Shown here: positions 36,383-46,194 of the stretch, one piece after another
Position numbering within the stretch: position 1 is the first letter of the stretch
Layout: every line of letters begins with the position of its first letter
DNA from: an uncultured Pseudomonadota bacterium
Lineage (GTDB): Bacteria > Myxococcota_A > Polyangia > Fen-1088
Direction: 5' to 3'
Length of the DNA stretch: 64,000 nt
Assembly (NCBI GenBank): GCA_963847705.1
Contig: CAWKBC010000001.1
Location: 1 to 64,000, forward strand
Translations under genes and position numbers: made by a program
The notes under the pieces: model-generated
Database searches by the model: none
The model's input: the letters and a program-made list of their open reading frames with translations, nothing else
What the model was told of the DNA's origin: nothing

Positions 36383-37117
36383 ATGCCCACACTGAAAGGA
36401 AAGACCGCCGTGATCACCGGTGGCGCCACCGGCATCGGCCGCGCGGCAGCGAAGCGCTTCATCGAGGAGGGCGCCGTGGTCTTCATCTTCGGCCGCCGGC
36501 AGGAAGCGCTCGACGCCGCTCTGGGCTATCTCGGGCCCAATGCCCGCGCGGTGAAGGGCTCGGTCTCGGATGAGGCCGACCTCGACCGACTCTACGCGGC
36601 GGTGAAGGCCGAGCGCGGAACCCTCGACATCGTCTTGGCCAATGCCGGGGCGGGAAGCCCGCTTCCCCTCGGCAAGATCACCGCCGAGCACATTGACGAA
36701 ACCTTCGACACCAATGTGAAGGGTACGATCTTCACGGTCCAGAAGGCGCTGCCGCTGATGGGCCGGGGCGGTTCGATCATTCTGACCGGATCGAGCGCCG
36801 GCACCACGGGCGCCCCGGCAATGAGCGCCTACGGCGCGAGCAAGGCGGCCGTGCGCAACCTCGCGCGGAGCTGGGCGGAGGACCTGAAGGGCACCGGCAT
36901 CCGAGTAAATGTGCTGTCGCCCGGTGCGACGGCGACCGAGCTCGCGAAGGCAGCGCTGGGCGAGGAGGGCCAGAAGGTCTTCGCCGCGATGACTCCGCTC
37001 CAGCGCATGGCCGATCCGGCGGAGATCGGAGCGGCGGCTGCCTTTCTCGCGTCGTCGGACAGCAGCTTCATGACCGGCAGCGAGCTCGCCGTCGACGGCG
37101 GCCTGGCGCAAATCTGA
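36383..37117 (+). CDS. SDR-family oxidoreductase
   Basis: TGGATGIG, NAG, YGASK; SD AGGAGG. Confidence 0.94.
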   Translation: MPTLKGKTAVITGGATGIGRAAAKRFIEEGAVVFIFGRRQEALDAALGYLGPNARAVKGSVSDEADLDRLYAAVKAERGTLDIVLANAGAGSPLPLGKITAEHIDETFDTNVKGTIFTVQKALPLMGRGGSIILTGSSAGTTGAPAMSAYGASKAAVRNLARSWAEDLKGTGIRVNVLSPGATATELAKAALGEEGQKVFAAMTPLQRMADPAEIGAAAAFLASSDSSFMTGSELAVDGGLAQI

Positions 37118-37189
37118 CGCGTTCGACAGGCCCGGCGCCCCATTCGATCTTCGGAGCCCGTAGGGCGCGGGCTAAACCCAGGAGACACC

Positions 37190-37789
37190 ATGAGCTACGC
37201 AATCATCGGCTTCGGTAAGATCGGCCAGGCTCTTGCCAAGGCGTTTGCCCGCAAGGGCCTCGAACTGTCCGTGGCAACCACGCGCGACCCGGAGGGCTTT
37301 GCAGCCGATGCGGCCGCGATCGGACCCACGATCATCCCCCAGACGCTGGCGGAAGCCGTCAAGGCGGACATCGTCTTTTTGGCGGTCCGTTTCCAGTCAC
37401 ACCGGGATGTCGCGAAGGCGCTGCCGACCTGGAAGGGAAAGACCATCATCGATGTGACCAATGCCTACGGCGTGCCCCCTGAGGAACTGGGGGGACAACC
37501 TTCTTCCAGGGCCGTCGCGCAGGCCTTCGCTGGTGGAAGACTGGTCAAGGGCTTCAACCATTTGGGCGCTGCCGTCCTGGCCCAAGATCCGGCCGTACAT
37601 GGTGGCAGGAGAGTCGTGTTCCTTGCGAGCGACGACGACGCAGCTGCATCGGAGATTGGTGCGCTTGCGGAGACTCTCGGTTTCTCGCCCATCAAACTTG
37701 GCGGGCTTTCGGAAGGCGGGCTGCTCGTTCAAGCCCGCGGAAACAGCTGGGGTCAGCTGATCTTCAAGGACCTGGTCAAGTTCGACTGA
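37190..37789 (+). CDS. NAD(P)-binding oxidoreductase (F420-dependent NADP oxidoreductase family)
   Basis: IIGFGKIG, IDVTN, VKGFN. Confidence 0.85.
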   Translation: MSYAIIGFGKIGQALAKAFARKGLELSVATTRDPEGFAADAAAIGPTIIPQTLAEAVKADIVFLAVRFQSHRDVAKALPTWKGKTIIDVTNAYGVPPEELGGQPSSRAVAQAFAGGRLVKGFNHLGAAVLAQDPAVHGGRRVVFLASDDDAAASEIGALAETLGFSPIKLGGLSEGGLLVQARGNSWGQLIFKDLVKFD

Positions 37790-37892
37790 TGAATCGCGAT
37801 CGCAGATCTCGACGCTCGCAGTGAGCCGCGCGCACTGCGGATCTGCGGGCAACGGGCGCATATGAGCGCCATCAACGAAAGGAATGAATCTC

Positions 37893-38648
37893 ATGTCCAA
37901 CAAGCTCGACTTCTCCAAGGAGCTCATCGGCCGTCGTGCGCTCGTCACCGGAGGCACCCGCGGCATCGGCGCGGCGATCGCGCAGCGCCTGCTCGACGCC
38001 GGCGCGAAGGTCGTGGTGACGGCGCGCTCTCGTGGTGAGACGTTGCCCGCCGGCGCCGCGTTCGTCGCGGGCGATGTCGCCTCCGCCGCTGGGGTGAAAG
38101 TCATAGCCGCCGCGGCGCTCGAAGCCCTCGGCGGTCTCGACATCCTCGTGAACAACGCGGGCGGCGCCAGCGGGTTCCCGCAAGGCACCGCGTCCATCCC
38201 GGACGAGGCGTGGCAGGCCGGCTTTGCTCTCAACCTGTTCGCTGCAATCCGGTTGACGAATGTGCTTTTGCCGGCGCTTCGCGAATCGAAGGCCGGCGCC
38301 ATCGTGAACATCTCGTCGGGCGCGGCGACGATGGCTGTCGGGGCGGTTGCCCACTACGGCGCCGCGAAGGCGGCGCTCAACAGCTATTCACGTTCGCTCG
38401 CGATCGATCTCGCGCCGAGCAACATCCGTGTGAACGTCGTGTCACCGGGCCCGGTGACGACGCCCGGGAGCAGGGAGTTCAGCGATGCGATGGGCGCTCC
38501 GCCCGACCTCTTCGCCAAGGAAATTCCGCTCGGTCGCTATGGGTCCCCGGAGGACCTGGCGGAGGTCGTCGCGTTGCTCGCGTCGGACCGAGGGAAGTGG
38601 ATGACGGGCGGGATCATCAACGTCGACGGCGGAATGACGGCGCGCTGA
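37893..38648 (+). CDS. SDR-family oxidoreductase
   Basis: TGGTRGIG, NNAG, YGAAK. Confidence 0.93.
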   Translation: MSNKLDFSKELIGRRALVTGGTRGIGAAIAQRLLDAGAKVVVTARSRGETLPAGAAFVAGDVASAAGVKVIAAAALEALGGLDILVNNAGGASGFPQGTASIPDEAWQAGFALNLFAAIRLTNVLLPALRESKAGAIVNISSGAATMAVGAVAHYGAAKAALNSYSRSLAIDLAPSNIRVNVVSPGPVTTPGSREFSDAMGAPPDLFAKEIPLGRYGSPEDLAEVVALLASDRGKWMTGGIINVDGGMTAR

Positions 38649-38820
38649 AGGTTGGGTCCTGAGCACGCGATGGACACGACTGCTTTGGTGCCCGACGCGG
38701 TTCGGTGCGGCAGGTGCAACGCGTCCTACGAAGACAGCGCTTGGGGCGACGCTACCGCTGATAGTTCGATGATTGGGTCTTCGACCTCACCGTTCGAAAT
38801 TGCAAGGTAAGGAGATCCCG

Positions 38821-39453
38821 ATGTACGACCAATCCAAGCTATCCGAGTTGATCCGGTTCGCACGAGTCGAGGCGGGCTCCACCGTCATCGACGTTTACCC
38901 GGGCGATGGCGACTGGACCCGTCTCTTCTCCGACATCGTGGGACCCGAAGGACGGGTCTACAGCTTCGTGCCGGCCGACGTCGCCCACTTCAAGAACGAT
39001 CCGGTCGGCCGCATGCGGACACTGGCCAGCGAGCCAGGCCGACAGAACGTCGAAGCCGTCTCGGCGGACCTCGTGGCGATGCTGGAGGCCACGCAACCAG
39101 CGGATGTCCTGTGGCTGCACCTCTTTTACCACGATCTCCACACCGCGCTGATCCAGGCCAGGGGCGCGACCGCGGCCCGCTTCAATCGAGCCGTCTACGA
39201 GCGGCTGAAGCCCGGTGGGGCCTACGTCATCGTAGACCACGCCGCCGCCGTCGGGGCGGGCGCGAGAGACGCCCAGTCGCTGCATCGGATTGAGCCTGCA
39301 TCCGCTCGCCAGGAGGTGGAGGCGGCCGGCTTCGTACTCGACGCGGAAAGCACCATGCTCGCGAACGCGGACGATCTGCACGCGATCAAGGTGTTCGATC
39401 CCTCGATCAAGGGCGAGACCGATCGCTTCGCCTATCGGTTCGTGAGGCCCTGA
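38821..39453 (+). CDS. Class I SAM-dependent methyltransferase
   Basis: VIDVYPGDG motif I, YHD, LKPGG, HRI, TDRF; SD AAGGAG. Confidence 0.85.
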   Translation: MYDQSKLSELIRFARVEAGSTVIDVYPGDGDWTRLFSDIVGPEGRVYSFVPADVAHFKNDPVGRMRTLASEPGRQNVEAVSADLVAMLEATQPADVLWLHLFYHDLHTALIQARGATAARFNRAVYERLKPGGAYVIVDHAAAVGAGARDAQSLHRIEPASARQEVEAAGFVLDAESTMLANADDLHAIKVFDPSIKGETDRFAYRFVRP

Positions 39454-39577
39454 CAGGTCCCGGCCCCGACTTCATGTCGACCTCCCGAATGGAGCCCGGC
39501 CCGGAGGCCAACGCCCAAGAGGAGGAGATCCTGCGCCTGCTCGAGGCGGCTGGCGCGGCTCGGAGAATGGTCGGCGC

Positions 39578-40738
39578 TCAGCCGAAGCTGGCGTGATAGC
39601 CCGCGTCCTCGACCGAGAGGGCGGCCTTGGTGGCGCGCAGCGGGGCGTAGGTGTCGAGCATGACGGCCAGCTCGTCGGTGGCGCGGGCGCCGATGCTCTC
39701 CTCGTAGGCGCCCGGGTGCGGGCCGTGGGTGACGCCGGCAGGGTGGTGCGAGAAGCTGCCGACGCCCACCCCCTTGCGCGAGGTGAAGTTGCCCCCCGCG
39801 TAGAAGATGGTCTCGTCGCAGTCGACCGATGAATGCGGGTAGGGGCAGGGGATCGCCTGCGGGTGGAAGTCGAGCGGGCGCGGCACGAAGCTGCAGATGA
39901 GGGCGCCGCGCGTGGCGAAGGTGCCGTGCACCGTGGGTGGCAGGTGCGTCAGGCCGACCCGCGGGCGGAAGTTGAGGATGGGAAAGACCCAGGGGTAGAC
40001 GGCGCCGTCCCAGCCGACCACGTCGAGCGGCGCGTGCGGGAGGCGGAAGCCGTGAAATCCGCCGCCACGCTTCACCACCAGATCGCGCAACCCTTCGTCG
40101 CGCGGGCCGGTGAAGAGCGGACGGCGAAAATCGCGGTGGCTGTAGGGGGCGTCCATGCGGAGCTGGCCCACCTCGTTGCGCCACTGCTTGAGCAACCCGA
40201 AGCTCGCCGCGCATTCGATCGACAGCCAGTACTGCGGCCCTTCGTCGGGGATGAAGCGGTGCGGGAGCCCCTTGGGAACGAGAACGTAGTCGCGCGGCCC
40301 GAAGGGGAGATCGCCCAGCGCCGAGCGCAGGAGGCCGCCGCCCGAGAGGATGAAGTAGAGATCGTCGCCGTCGCCGTTCGAGAAGTAGACCGGGTCGGGC
40401 TCGTCGGGGTGGAGGATGGAGAGGACCACGTCGTCGTTGAACAGCAGCGGCACGCGCGCGTCGATGGCGGCGCCTCCCCGCCGCGCCAGCTCCTGCGACA
40501 GATAGTGCCGGCGCGCCAGCGGGCGCTGTTCGTCGTCGGTGTCGGCGGGGATCTCCCAGCCGTGCGCGGCGGTGACGGGCGTGCTCGGGTGGGGGCGCCC
40601 CTGGTGGTAGAGGATGGTGAAGGGCCCGTCGAACCCGCCGCGCGTGAGGCACTCCTCGTGGCGGAGGCGGCCGCCTTCGTCGCGCAAGGCCGTGTGCGCC
40701 TTGTCGGGAACCACGCCGGCCACCATGCGATCCAACAT
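39578..40738 (-). CDS. hmgA: Homogentisate 1,2-dioxygenase
   Basis: DVVGWDG..YP, HLPPTVH, PYPHS, HPAGVTHGPHPG; downstream of hppD. Confidence 0.92.
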   Translation of the reverse strand: MLDRMVAGVVPDKAHTALRDEGGRLRHEECLTRGGFDGPFTILYHQGRPHPSTPVTAAHGWEIPADTDDEQRPLARRHYLSQELARRGGAAIDARVPLLFNDDVVLSILHPDEPDPVYFSNGDGDDLYFILSGGGLLRSALGDLPFGPRDYVLVPKGLPHRFIPDEGPQYWLSIECAASFGLLKQWRNEVGQLRMDAPYSHRDFRRPLFTGPRDEGLRDLVVKRGGGFHGFRLPHAPLDVVGWDGAVYPWVFPILNFRPRVGLTHLPPTVHGTFATRGALICSFVPRPLDFHPQAIPCPYPHSSVDCDETIFYAGGNFTSRKGVGVGSFSHHPAGVTHGPHPGAYEESIGARATDELAVMLDTYAPLRATKAALSVEDAGYHASFG

Positions 40739-40755
40739 CGAGCCTCCTTCTGGCT

Positions 40756-41922
40756 TTACGCTGATCTGCCGCGCGACTGGTCCCGTTCGATCGCCTCGAA
40801 CAGGGCCCGGAAGTTCCCGGCGCCGAATCCGTTGTCCCCTTTGCGCTGGATGATCTCGAAGAAGAACGGTCCCGCCTCGGGATCGTGGTAGCGGCCGGCC
40901 GCCTCCTTCAAGAAGATCTGCAGCAGATATTTGTGCGGCTTGTCGCCGTCGACCAGGATCTCCAGCTCACGCAGGAGGTCGACGCTCTCGTCGATGGTGC
41001 CGACGCCGATCTGGCGGAGCCGCTCCGGCAGCACGTCGAAGTAGCTGCCCGGCGTCGACATGAACTCCACGCCGGCGTCGCGCAGCCCGCGCACGGCCCC
41101 CACGATGTCGCGCACCGAGAGGGCGGAGTGCTGGATCCCGTCGCCCCGGTTGTCTTCGGCGAAGAGGTTGATCTGCGATTCCTTGAAGAACGGGCGGAAC
41201 GGCTCGTTGTTGGCGAACTTCACGCCCGAGGCGGGATCCCACATGACGATCGATTTCAAACCGGAGCCATGCTCTCGCTTGTGGGCGCTGGCCACGTCCC
41301 GGGTGTGGAAGGCGATCTCCCAGAGCTGCTCGAAGCCGAGCACGTGCTCCATCCAGAGCAACGCCGGCTTCATGGTCTGAAAGTTGGCGGTCAGGTGGTC
41401 GATGCGCTCGAAGCCGAACCGGTTGCCGGTCGCGCCCGCGGTGGCGGCCCCGATCGCCCTGGGCACGAAGCCCGGGAACAGCGTCGAATAGCCGCGCCGT
41501 TCGACGAAGCGGAAGGTGGTGTCGCCGAACGGCGTGGTGACGGAGAACATCGCCAGCGTGCCCCCCTCGTCGGAGAAGCGCTGCACGTCGGTGATGAGGG
41601 TGCCGCCCCGTTCGTCGAGCAGCCGGAAGGTCCGGTCGATCTCCTCGACGTCGAGCACCACCGTGCCGACCCCTTCCGGGTGCTTGCGCAGGTAGCGCCA
41701 GGCGCGCCCCCCCTCGCCCAGCGGCTGGTGGATGACGTAGAGCGCCTCGCCCGCGCGGAAGGCGGCCGAGCGCTGCCGCCCTTCGCGTTCGAGCTCAGGG
41801 CCGCTCGACCCGATCTCGACGAAGTCGAGCTTGTCGACGAAGAACCGCCGCGTCCGTTCCAGGTCGTGGACGTAGTAGTGCAGGGCCTCGATCCGCTGGA
41901 TCCCGAGCGACGGGCGAGCCAT
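40756..41922 (-). CDS. hppD: 4-hydroxyphenylpyruvate dioxygenase
   Basis: IDH, GIQH, LLQIF, FFEIIQRKG..GFGAGNFRALFEAIE. Confidence 0.95.
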   Translation of the reverse strand: MARPSLGIQRIEALHYYVHDLERTRRFFVDKLDFVEIGSSGPELEREGRQRSAAFRAGEALYVIHQPLGEGGRAWRYLRKHPEGVGTVVLDVEEIDRTFRLLDERGGTLITDVQRFSDEGGTLAMFSVTTPFGDTTFRFVERRGYSTLFPGFVPRAIGAATAGATGNRFGFERIDHLTANFQTMKPALLWMEHVLGFEQLWEIAFHTRDVASAHKREHGSGLKSIVMWDPASGVKFANNEPFRPFFKESQINLFAEDNRGDGIQHSALSVRDIVGAVRGLRDAGVEFMSTPGSYFDVLPERLRQIGVGTIDESVDLLRELEILVDGDKPHKYLLQIFLKEAAGRYHDPEAGPFFFEIIQRKGDNGFGAGNFRALFEAIERDQSRGRSA

Positions 41923-41931
41923 GCGTTGATT

Positions 41932-42309
41932 CTACCGCGCCCCGGTCCTGCTCGCCCGTCGGTGCCGGCTCCGCTGCCGGGCATGGACCAGGCGCGGCTC
42001 CATCAGCGCCGAGACCGCCACCCCCAAGAACGCCACGGCGAAGAAGAAATTCAGCCAGGTGGCCCAGCCGGGCTGGCCGCCCGCGAGCCCGACCACCCAG
42101 GCGACACCCAGCCCCAACCCGAGCAGGGCCGGGCCGAAGGCGCGGCTGGGATTCCGCTCGGGGTCGGAGAGCAGGGCCGCCACGCCGAACGACGCCACCG
42201 CCGCGATGGCGTCGACCCAGAGCAGCGTCGCCGCGGGGTTCGTGCTGAGGCCGACCCACCAGAAGATACCGAGGGCGATCCCCAGGATGAAACAGCTCGT
42301 CCGCACCAT
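41932..42309 (-). CDS. Small four-TM membrane protein
   Basis: Four hydrophobic segments; SD GAGAGG; coding-like codon bias. Confidence 0.65.
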   Translation of the reverse strand: MVRTSCFILGIALGIFWWVGLSTNPAATLLWVDAIAAVASFGVAALLSDPERNPSRAFGPALLGLGLGVAWVVGLAGGQPGWATWLNFFFAVAFLGVAVSALMEPRLVHARQRSRHRRASRTGAR

Positions 42310-42429
42310 GACGGCCCCCTCTCTCCTTGAAGGTGGTCACGGTCGAACGACGGGCGAGCTGGGCCGGAACCCTGCGGCCCCGTCTCCGGCGTCCCGCGTC
42401 TCGGCGCCCGAGTCTCGGCGCCCGTGTTG

Positions 42430-43566
42430 TTAAGAAGAAGGGCACATGGTGGCGACCGGAACCACGCAACTGCCGGCCGTGCCGCCGTCGCCGGCGACCA
42501 CGCAGCGCGCCGGGAACATGCAGCCGGGCCCGACCGACGTGTCGCAGACGCCGTTGTCGGGCGAGAACGGCTTGCAAGCGCCGAAATCGCTGCCGGTGGC
42601 GACGCCGGTCGCGGTGTAGCACTCCCCGGCCACGCAGCCAGAGCGCGTGCCGTCGGCGAAGAGGCCGCACAGGGTGCCCGCCGGGGTGGGCGACGCCACG
42701 CCGCCGTCGGGCGTGCCGGCGTCGCTCGCGGTCGCCCCGGCGTCGGTGCCGACGGTGCCGTTATACCCGGGGTAGATGATTCGCATGCAGTTCTTGGCGC
42801 CGGTCGGGCCGCCGCAGTAGAGCCCGCGCGTGGCGTCGCAGCCGGGGAGGGTGGTTCCGCCGCAGGCGGCGCCGACTTGCGTGGAGGCGATCTGGCAGGT
42901 CCCGGTGGTCCCCGTCTTGTCGTTCTGGCCGATGCAGGAGAGGCCCCGGTCGCAGGGGTGGCCGCTGTCGCAGACGCCGCCCGAGGCGAGGGGGATCTGG
43001 CATTCGGTCGTCGCGGCCACACAGCGAGCGCCGTTCACACAGGTCGAGTCCGAGCAGTCGTCGTCGGCGGCCGGCGCCGCGCCGCAGGTGCCGCAGACGC
43101 TGGTCTTGGTGCCGTTGCAGGTGCCGGACATGCACTGCCCGTTGAAGGTGCAGGCGGCGCCGCTCGGGCGCGGACCGGTGGGCGTGCAGGCGGCCGGCGG
43201 CTGGTTGTCGAAGTAGCTCGCGCAGGAGTATCCCACGAGGGCGGCGACACACTGCCCGATCTGGGTCGGGGTGTTGCCGTTGTCGGGCGCGTTGAGCGCG
43301 TTGGTGCAGTTGAGCGTCTGGCGGGCCACGCAGGTCGCCCTGTCGCCGTAGCTCGCGAGGATGCCGAACCCGACTCCAGGGTCATTGTCGCCGAGGCTGC
43401 ACTCGGACGCCTCGTTGCAGCGGGTCTCGGCGACCTCGGCGCAGGCGGTCGCGATGCTCGTGCCCGAGCTGCTGCTGCTACACCCGCTCGGCGCAATCAC
43501 CAGCCCCGTCCCACACAACGTCCAGGCCGTCAGCAAGCTGGCGCGCCAACCGAGTCGCGGTTTCAT
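42430..43566 (-). CDS. Cys-rich myxobacterial lipoprotein
   Basis: Signal peptide with SGC lipobox; many GxxC...C...C repeats; start approximate. Confidence 0.8.
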   Translation of the reverse strand: MKPRLGWRASLLTAWTLCGTGLVIAPSGCSSSSSGTSIATACAEVAETRCNEASECSLGDNDPGVGFGILASYGDRATCVARQTLNCTNALNAPDNGNTPTQIGQCVAALVGYSCASYFDNQPPAACTPTGPRPSGAACTFNGQCMSGTCNGTKTSVCGTCGAAPAADDDCSDSTCVNGARCVAATTECQIPLASGGVCDSGHPCDRGLSCIGQNDKTGTTGTCQIASTQVGAACGGTTLPGCDATRGLYCGGPTGAKNCMRIIYPGYNGTVGTDAGATASDAGTPDGGVASPTPAGTLCGLFADGTRSGCVAGECYTATGVATGSDFGACKPFSPDNGVCDTSVGPGCMFPARCVVAGDGGTAGSCVVPVATMCPSS

Positions 43567-43721
43567 GAGGGGGATGTTCACCGTCGAACCGCCGCCAGTC
43601 AAACGGCAAGGATCACACTCGCCGCCAGCCGCCGCCCGCCGGCGCCGGTCAGCCAGGCGCGACGGCGGTCAGCCAGGCGCGACGAGAGCCCGACCTGGCT
43701 CAGGCGGTATAGTCTCCGGGC

Positions 43722-44126
43722 GTGAGACGGTACCGCGCGGTTGCGCAGGAGGACGACTGGGGCAGCGGCGTGGCGTGCGTCGCCTCGGTCCTGGGCACCA
43801 GCTACGCCCAGATCGTGGCCAAACTGGGGCAGAAGTGGAGCCGCAAGCCGACTCGGAGGCCGGCGCCTGGCGGGGGGCCATCGGCCGAGCTGCTCCGTGG
43901 CATCCTCAATGACGGCTTCAAGAACACCGGTCTCGTCTACGAGCTCGACGGGCCGTTCATCGGCGATCCGAATTCACTGGAGACCGGAACGATCGTCTCG
44001 CTCGCGAGCGGCCGCTACCTGATGCGCGCGGCCGACGGCTGGATGGATCCGGCGAGCGCCAGGATCCGCAAGCGCTTGCCTGAGAAGGTCCAGATGGCCT
44101 TGGTTCTCACGCCCGACAGCGAGTAG
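43722..44126 (+). CDS. Peptidase C39-like fold protein, catalytic residues apparently substituted
   Basis: QEDDWGSGVACVASVLG (cf. Q-x4-GCGxAC) and GRYL...WMDP (cf. H-Y/W...DP). Confidence 0.6.
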   Translation: MRRYRAVAQEDDWGSGVACVASVLGTSYAQIVAKLGQKWSRKPTRRPAPGGGPSAELLRGILNDGFKNTGLVYELDGPFIGDPNSLETGTIVSLASGRYLMRAADGWMDPASARIRKRLPEKVQMALVLTPDSE

Positions 44127-44132
44127 CCAGGC

Positions 44133-44633
44133 ATGCGACCAGCAGGCAACCGACGAAACGATCTGACGTGTGCGCTGGCGGTGGTCGCGCTCTCCGCGAC
44201 GGCTGGCTGCTCCTGGGTCTTCACGCAACCTCTGCGGGACGATCGGCGGCCGTCCGATTATCCCGTCTGTTCGACCAACCCGGCGCCGCCGCTGATCGAC
44301 AGCGCCATCTCCCTGCTGAACGTGGGGACGACGATCTACACGGCCGCTCAAGACGACGTGAGCCAGAAGGCGCTCCGGGTCTCGCTGGGCGCCACGGCGG
44401 CGACGGTCTGGCTGCTGTCGGCGATCTACGGGTACACCGAGACCAGCGCGTGCGGGGAGGCAGTCGCCAGCTACCAGCACGGATATCGCGCGCCGGCCCT
44501 GGGCACCGGGGGCGAGGTTTTCACCCCGCCTCCACCTCCACTCGCGCCGCCGCCGGCTGTGCCCCAGCCTGGCGTCGGGGAAGAACATCCCCTCCCCAAG
44601 CCGACCCTCGCGCCCGCGCCGCCCTTGCAGTAG
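44133..44633 (+). CDS. Hypothetical lipoprotein/membrane protein
   Basis: TAGC lipobox, two hydrophobic helices flanked by Cys, Pro-rich tail. Confidence 0.65.
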   Translation: MRPAGNRRNDLTCALAVVALSATAGCSWVFTQPLRDDRRPSDYPVCSTNPAPPLIDSAISLLNVGTTIYTAAQDDVSQKALRVSLGATAATVWLLSAIYGYTETSACGEAVASYQHGYRAPALGTGGEVFTPPPPPLAPPPAVPQPGVGEEHPLPKPTLAPAPPLQ

Positions 44634-44649
44634 CTGATATCGTCGGGCG

Positions 44650-45291
44650 ATGACGATGACGCTCTATCACTCACCGGCGACGGCGGCGATGGTCGTGCAC
44701 TGGCTGCTGATCGAGCTGGAGCTGCCACACCGGCTCCACCCGCTCGACTTCGACAAGCGCGAACAGAAGTCGCCGCAGTATCTGAAGCTGAATCCGGCCG
44801 GCGTCGTCCCCACGCTGGTGATCGACGACGGCCCGCCGATCTGCGAGGCGGCGGCCATCGCCATGCACCTCGGCGACCTGGTCCCGGCGCGCGAGCTCGT
44901 CCCCGCAGCCGCCACACCGGCGCGCGCCCAGTACTACCGGTGGATGTTCTTCCTGGCCAACACGTTGCAGCCGGCCTACCGCGCCTGGTTCTACCCGACC
45001 GAGCCGGCGGGCGAGGCCAACGTCGAGGCGAGCAAGCGCGAGGCGCGCGCCAAAATCGAGACGGCCTGGGGGCAGGTCGCCGCGCACCTGGAATCGTCGG
45101 GCGGCCCGTACATGCTGGGAGACACGCTGTCCGTGGTCGACTTCATGACCACCATGTTGATGCGCTGGTCGCGCAACATGCCCAGGCCGGTGGACCGCTG
45201 GCCGGTGCTGCACGCCTACGCGCAGCGAATGAAGGCGCGCCCCTCCTGGCAGGAGCTGTACCGGCGCGAAGGGCTGACCGAATGGGCGTGA
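44650..45291 (+). CDS. Glutathione S-transferase family protein
   Basis: LNPAGVVPTL, ICEAAAI, YMLGDTLSVVD. Confidence 0.93.
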   Translation: MTMTLYHSPATAAMVVHWLLIELELPHRLHPLDFDKREQKSPQYLKLNPAGVVPTLVIDDGPPICEAAAIAMHLGDLVPARELVPAAATPARAQYYRWMFFLANTLQPAYRAWFYPTEPAGEANVEASKREARAKIETAWGQVAAHLESSGGPYMLGDTLSVVDFMTTMLMRWSRNMPRPVDRWPVLHAYAQRMKARPSWQELYRREGLTEWA

Positions 45292-45299
45292 CCCGGTGG

Positions 45300-45484
45300 G
45301 CCGACCGCCGACAGGATCCTGGCCTCCTCCAGGTTCCCCAGCTGCATGCCCCATTGTTGCCCACTGGGAGGATGCTGAAGAACTGATCGAAGGTGGCGTT
45401 TCCGCCCGTCACGGCGGGCTGGTCGGTTTGCGTGTGCCGGTAAACGTTGTAGGTGCCGCCGTCGACGTTGATTGTGCCCATCTT
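45300..45484 (-). pseudogene. Relic of a GH11 endo-xylanase (C-terminal half; internal deletion and frameshifts)
   Basis: KMGTINVDGGTYNVYRHTQTDQPAVTGGNATFDQFFSI, then in shifted frames SQWATMG / MQLGNLEEARIL; in-frame stop just upstream. Confidence 0.75.
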
Positions 45485-45518
45485 AGCCAGGCGCGTCGGG
45501 TGGCCTTAGCTTGATGAG

Positions 45519-46175
45519 ATGACGATCCGTCGCCCCAAATCGCTGGTCGAGTTGCTGCTTGCGCTCCCCTTCCTGCTGGTCTTGGTGATCGCTGGGCCGG
45601 CGCAGGCGGCGCCCCGCGTCTACACGCTGGATCCGGCGCACAGCCGATTGACGATTCACGTCGGGAAGGCCGGCCTCTTCGGCTTCGCCGGCCACGAGCA
45701 CGAGGTCGTCGCCGGAGCCTTTCGCGGCACCGCGACGTTCGATCCCGAGCGGCCGGCGCAATCGTCGCAGGCGTCCGTCGACCTGACGTTCGACGCGGGC
45801 ACGTTGCGTGTCACGGGCCAGGGCGAGCCTCCCGCGGATGTCCCCCAGGTTCAGGCGGCGATGGTCGGCGCGACCTGCCTCGACGCCGGACGCTTCCCGA
45901 CGATCCGCTTCGTCTCGACGTCGGTGGCCGCCGCGGGCGCCGCCGGCCCGAACGGCGGCGACCTGGCGTTGCGCGGCGAGCTCACCCTGCACGGCATCAC
46001 CCGCCCCCTCACCCTCCGCGTCCACCTCGAGGTCAGCGGCCAGACGCTGGAGGCGACCGGAACGACGACCTTGAAGCAGACCGACTTCGGGATCACCCCG
46101 ATCTCCAAGGCGGGCGTGGTGAAGGTGAAGGACGAGCTGACGCTCTCCTGGCGGATCCGCGGCCGGACCCCCTGA
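45519..46175 (+). CDS. YceI-family protein
   Basis: Signal peptide, YTLDPAHS, LDAGRFPTIRF, GELTLHGITR, TDFGI. Confidence 0.9.
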   Translation: MTIRRPKSLVELLLALPFLLVLVIAGPAQAAPRVYTLDPAHSRLTIHVGKAGLFGFAGHEHEVVAGAFRGTATFDPERPAQSSQASVDLTFDAGTLRVTGQGEPPADVPQVQAAMVGATCLDAGRFPTIRFVSTSVAAAGAAGPNGGDLALRGELTLHGITRPLTLRVHLEVSGQTLEATGTTTLKQTDFGITPISKAGVVKVKDELTLSWRIRGRTP

Positions 46176-46194
46176 CGCCGCCGTCCGTCGTGCG

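Noticed and set aside
38670-38810. Micro-ORF with CxxC (RCGRC)
   Set aside because: Short, no second Cys pair and no clear translation signal.
42382-42425. Three ~14-bp repeats GTCTCGGCGCCCG
   Set aside because: Short local minisatellite with no evidence of function.
43646-43684. 20-bp tandem duplication CGGTCAGCCAGGCGCGACG(G)
   Set aside because: Only two copies and no other occurrence noticed; likely slippage.
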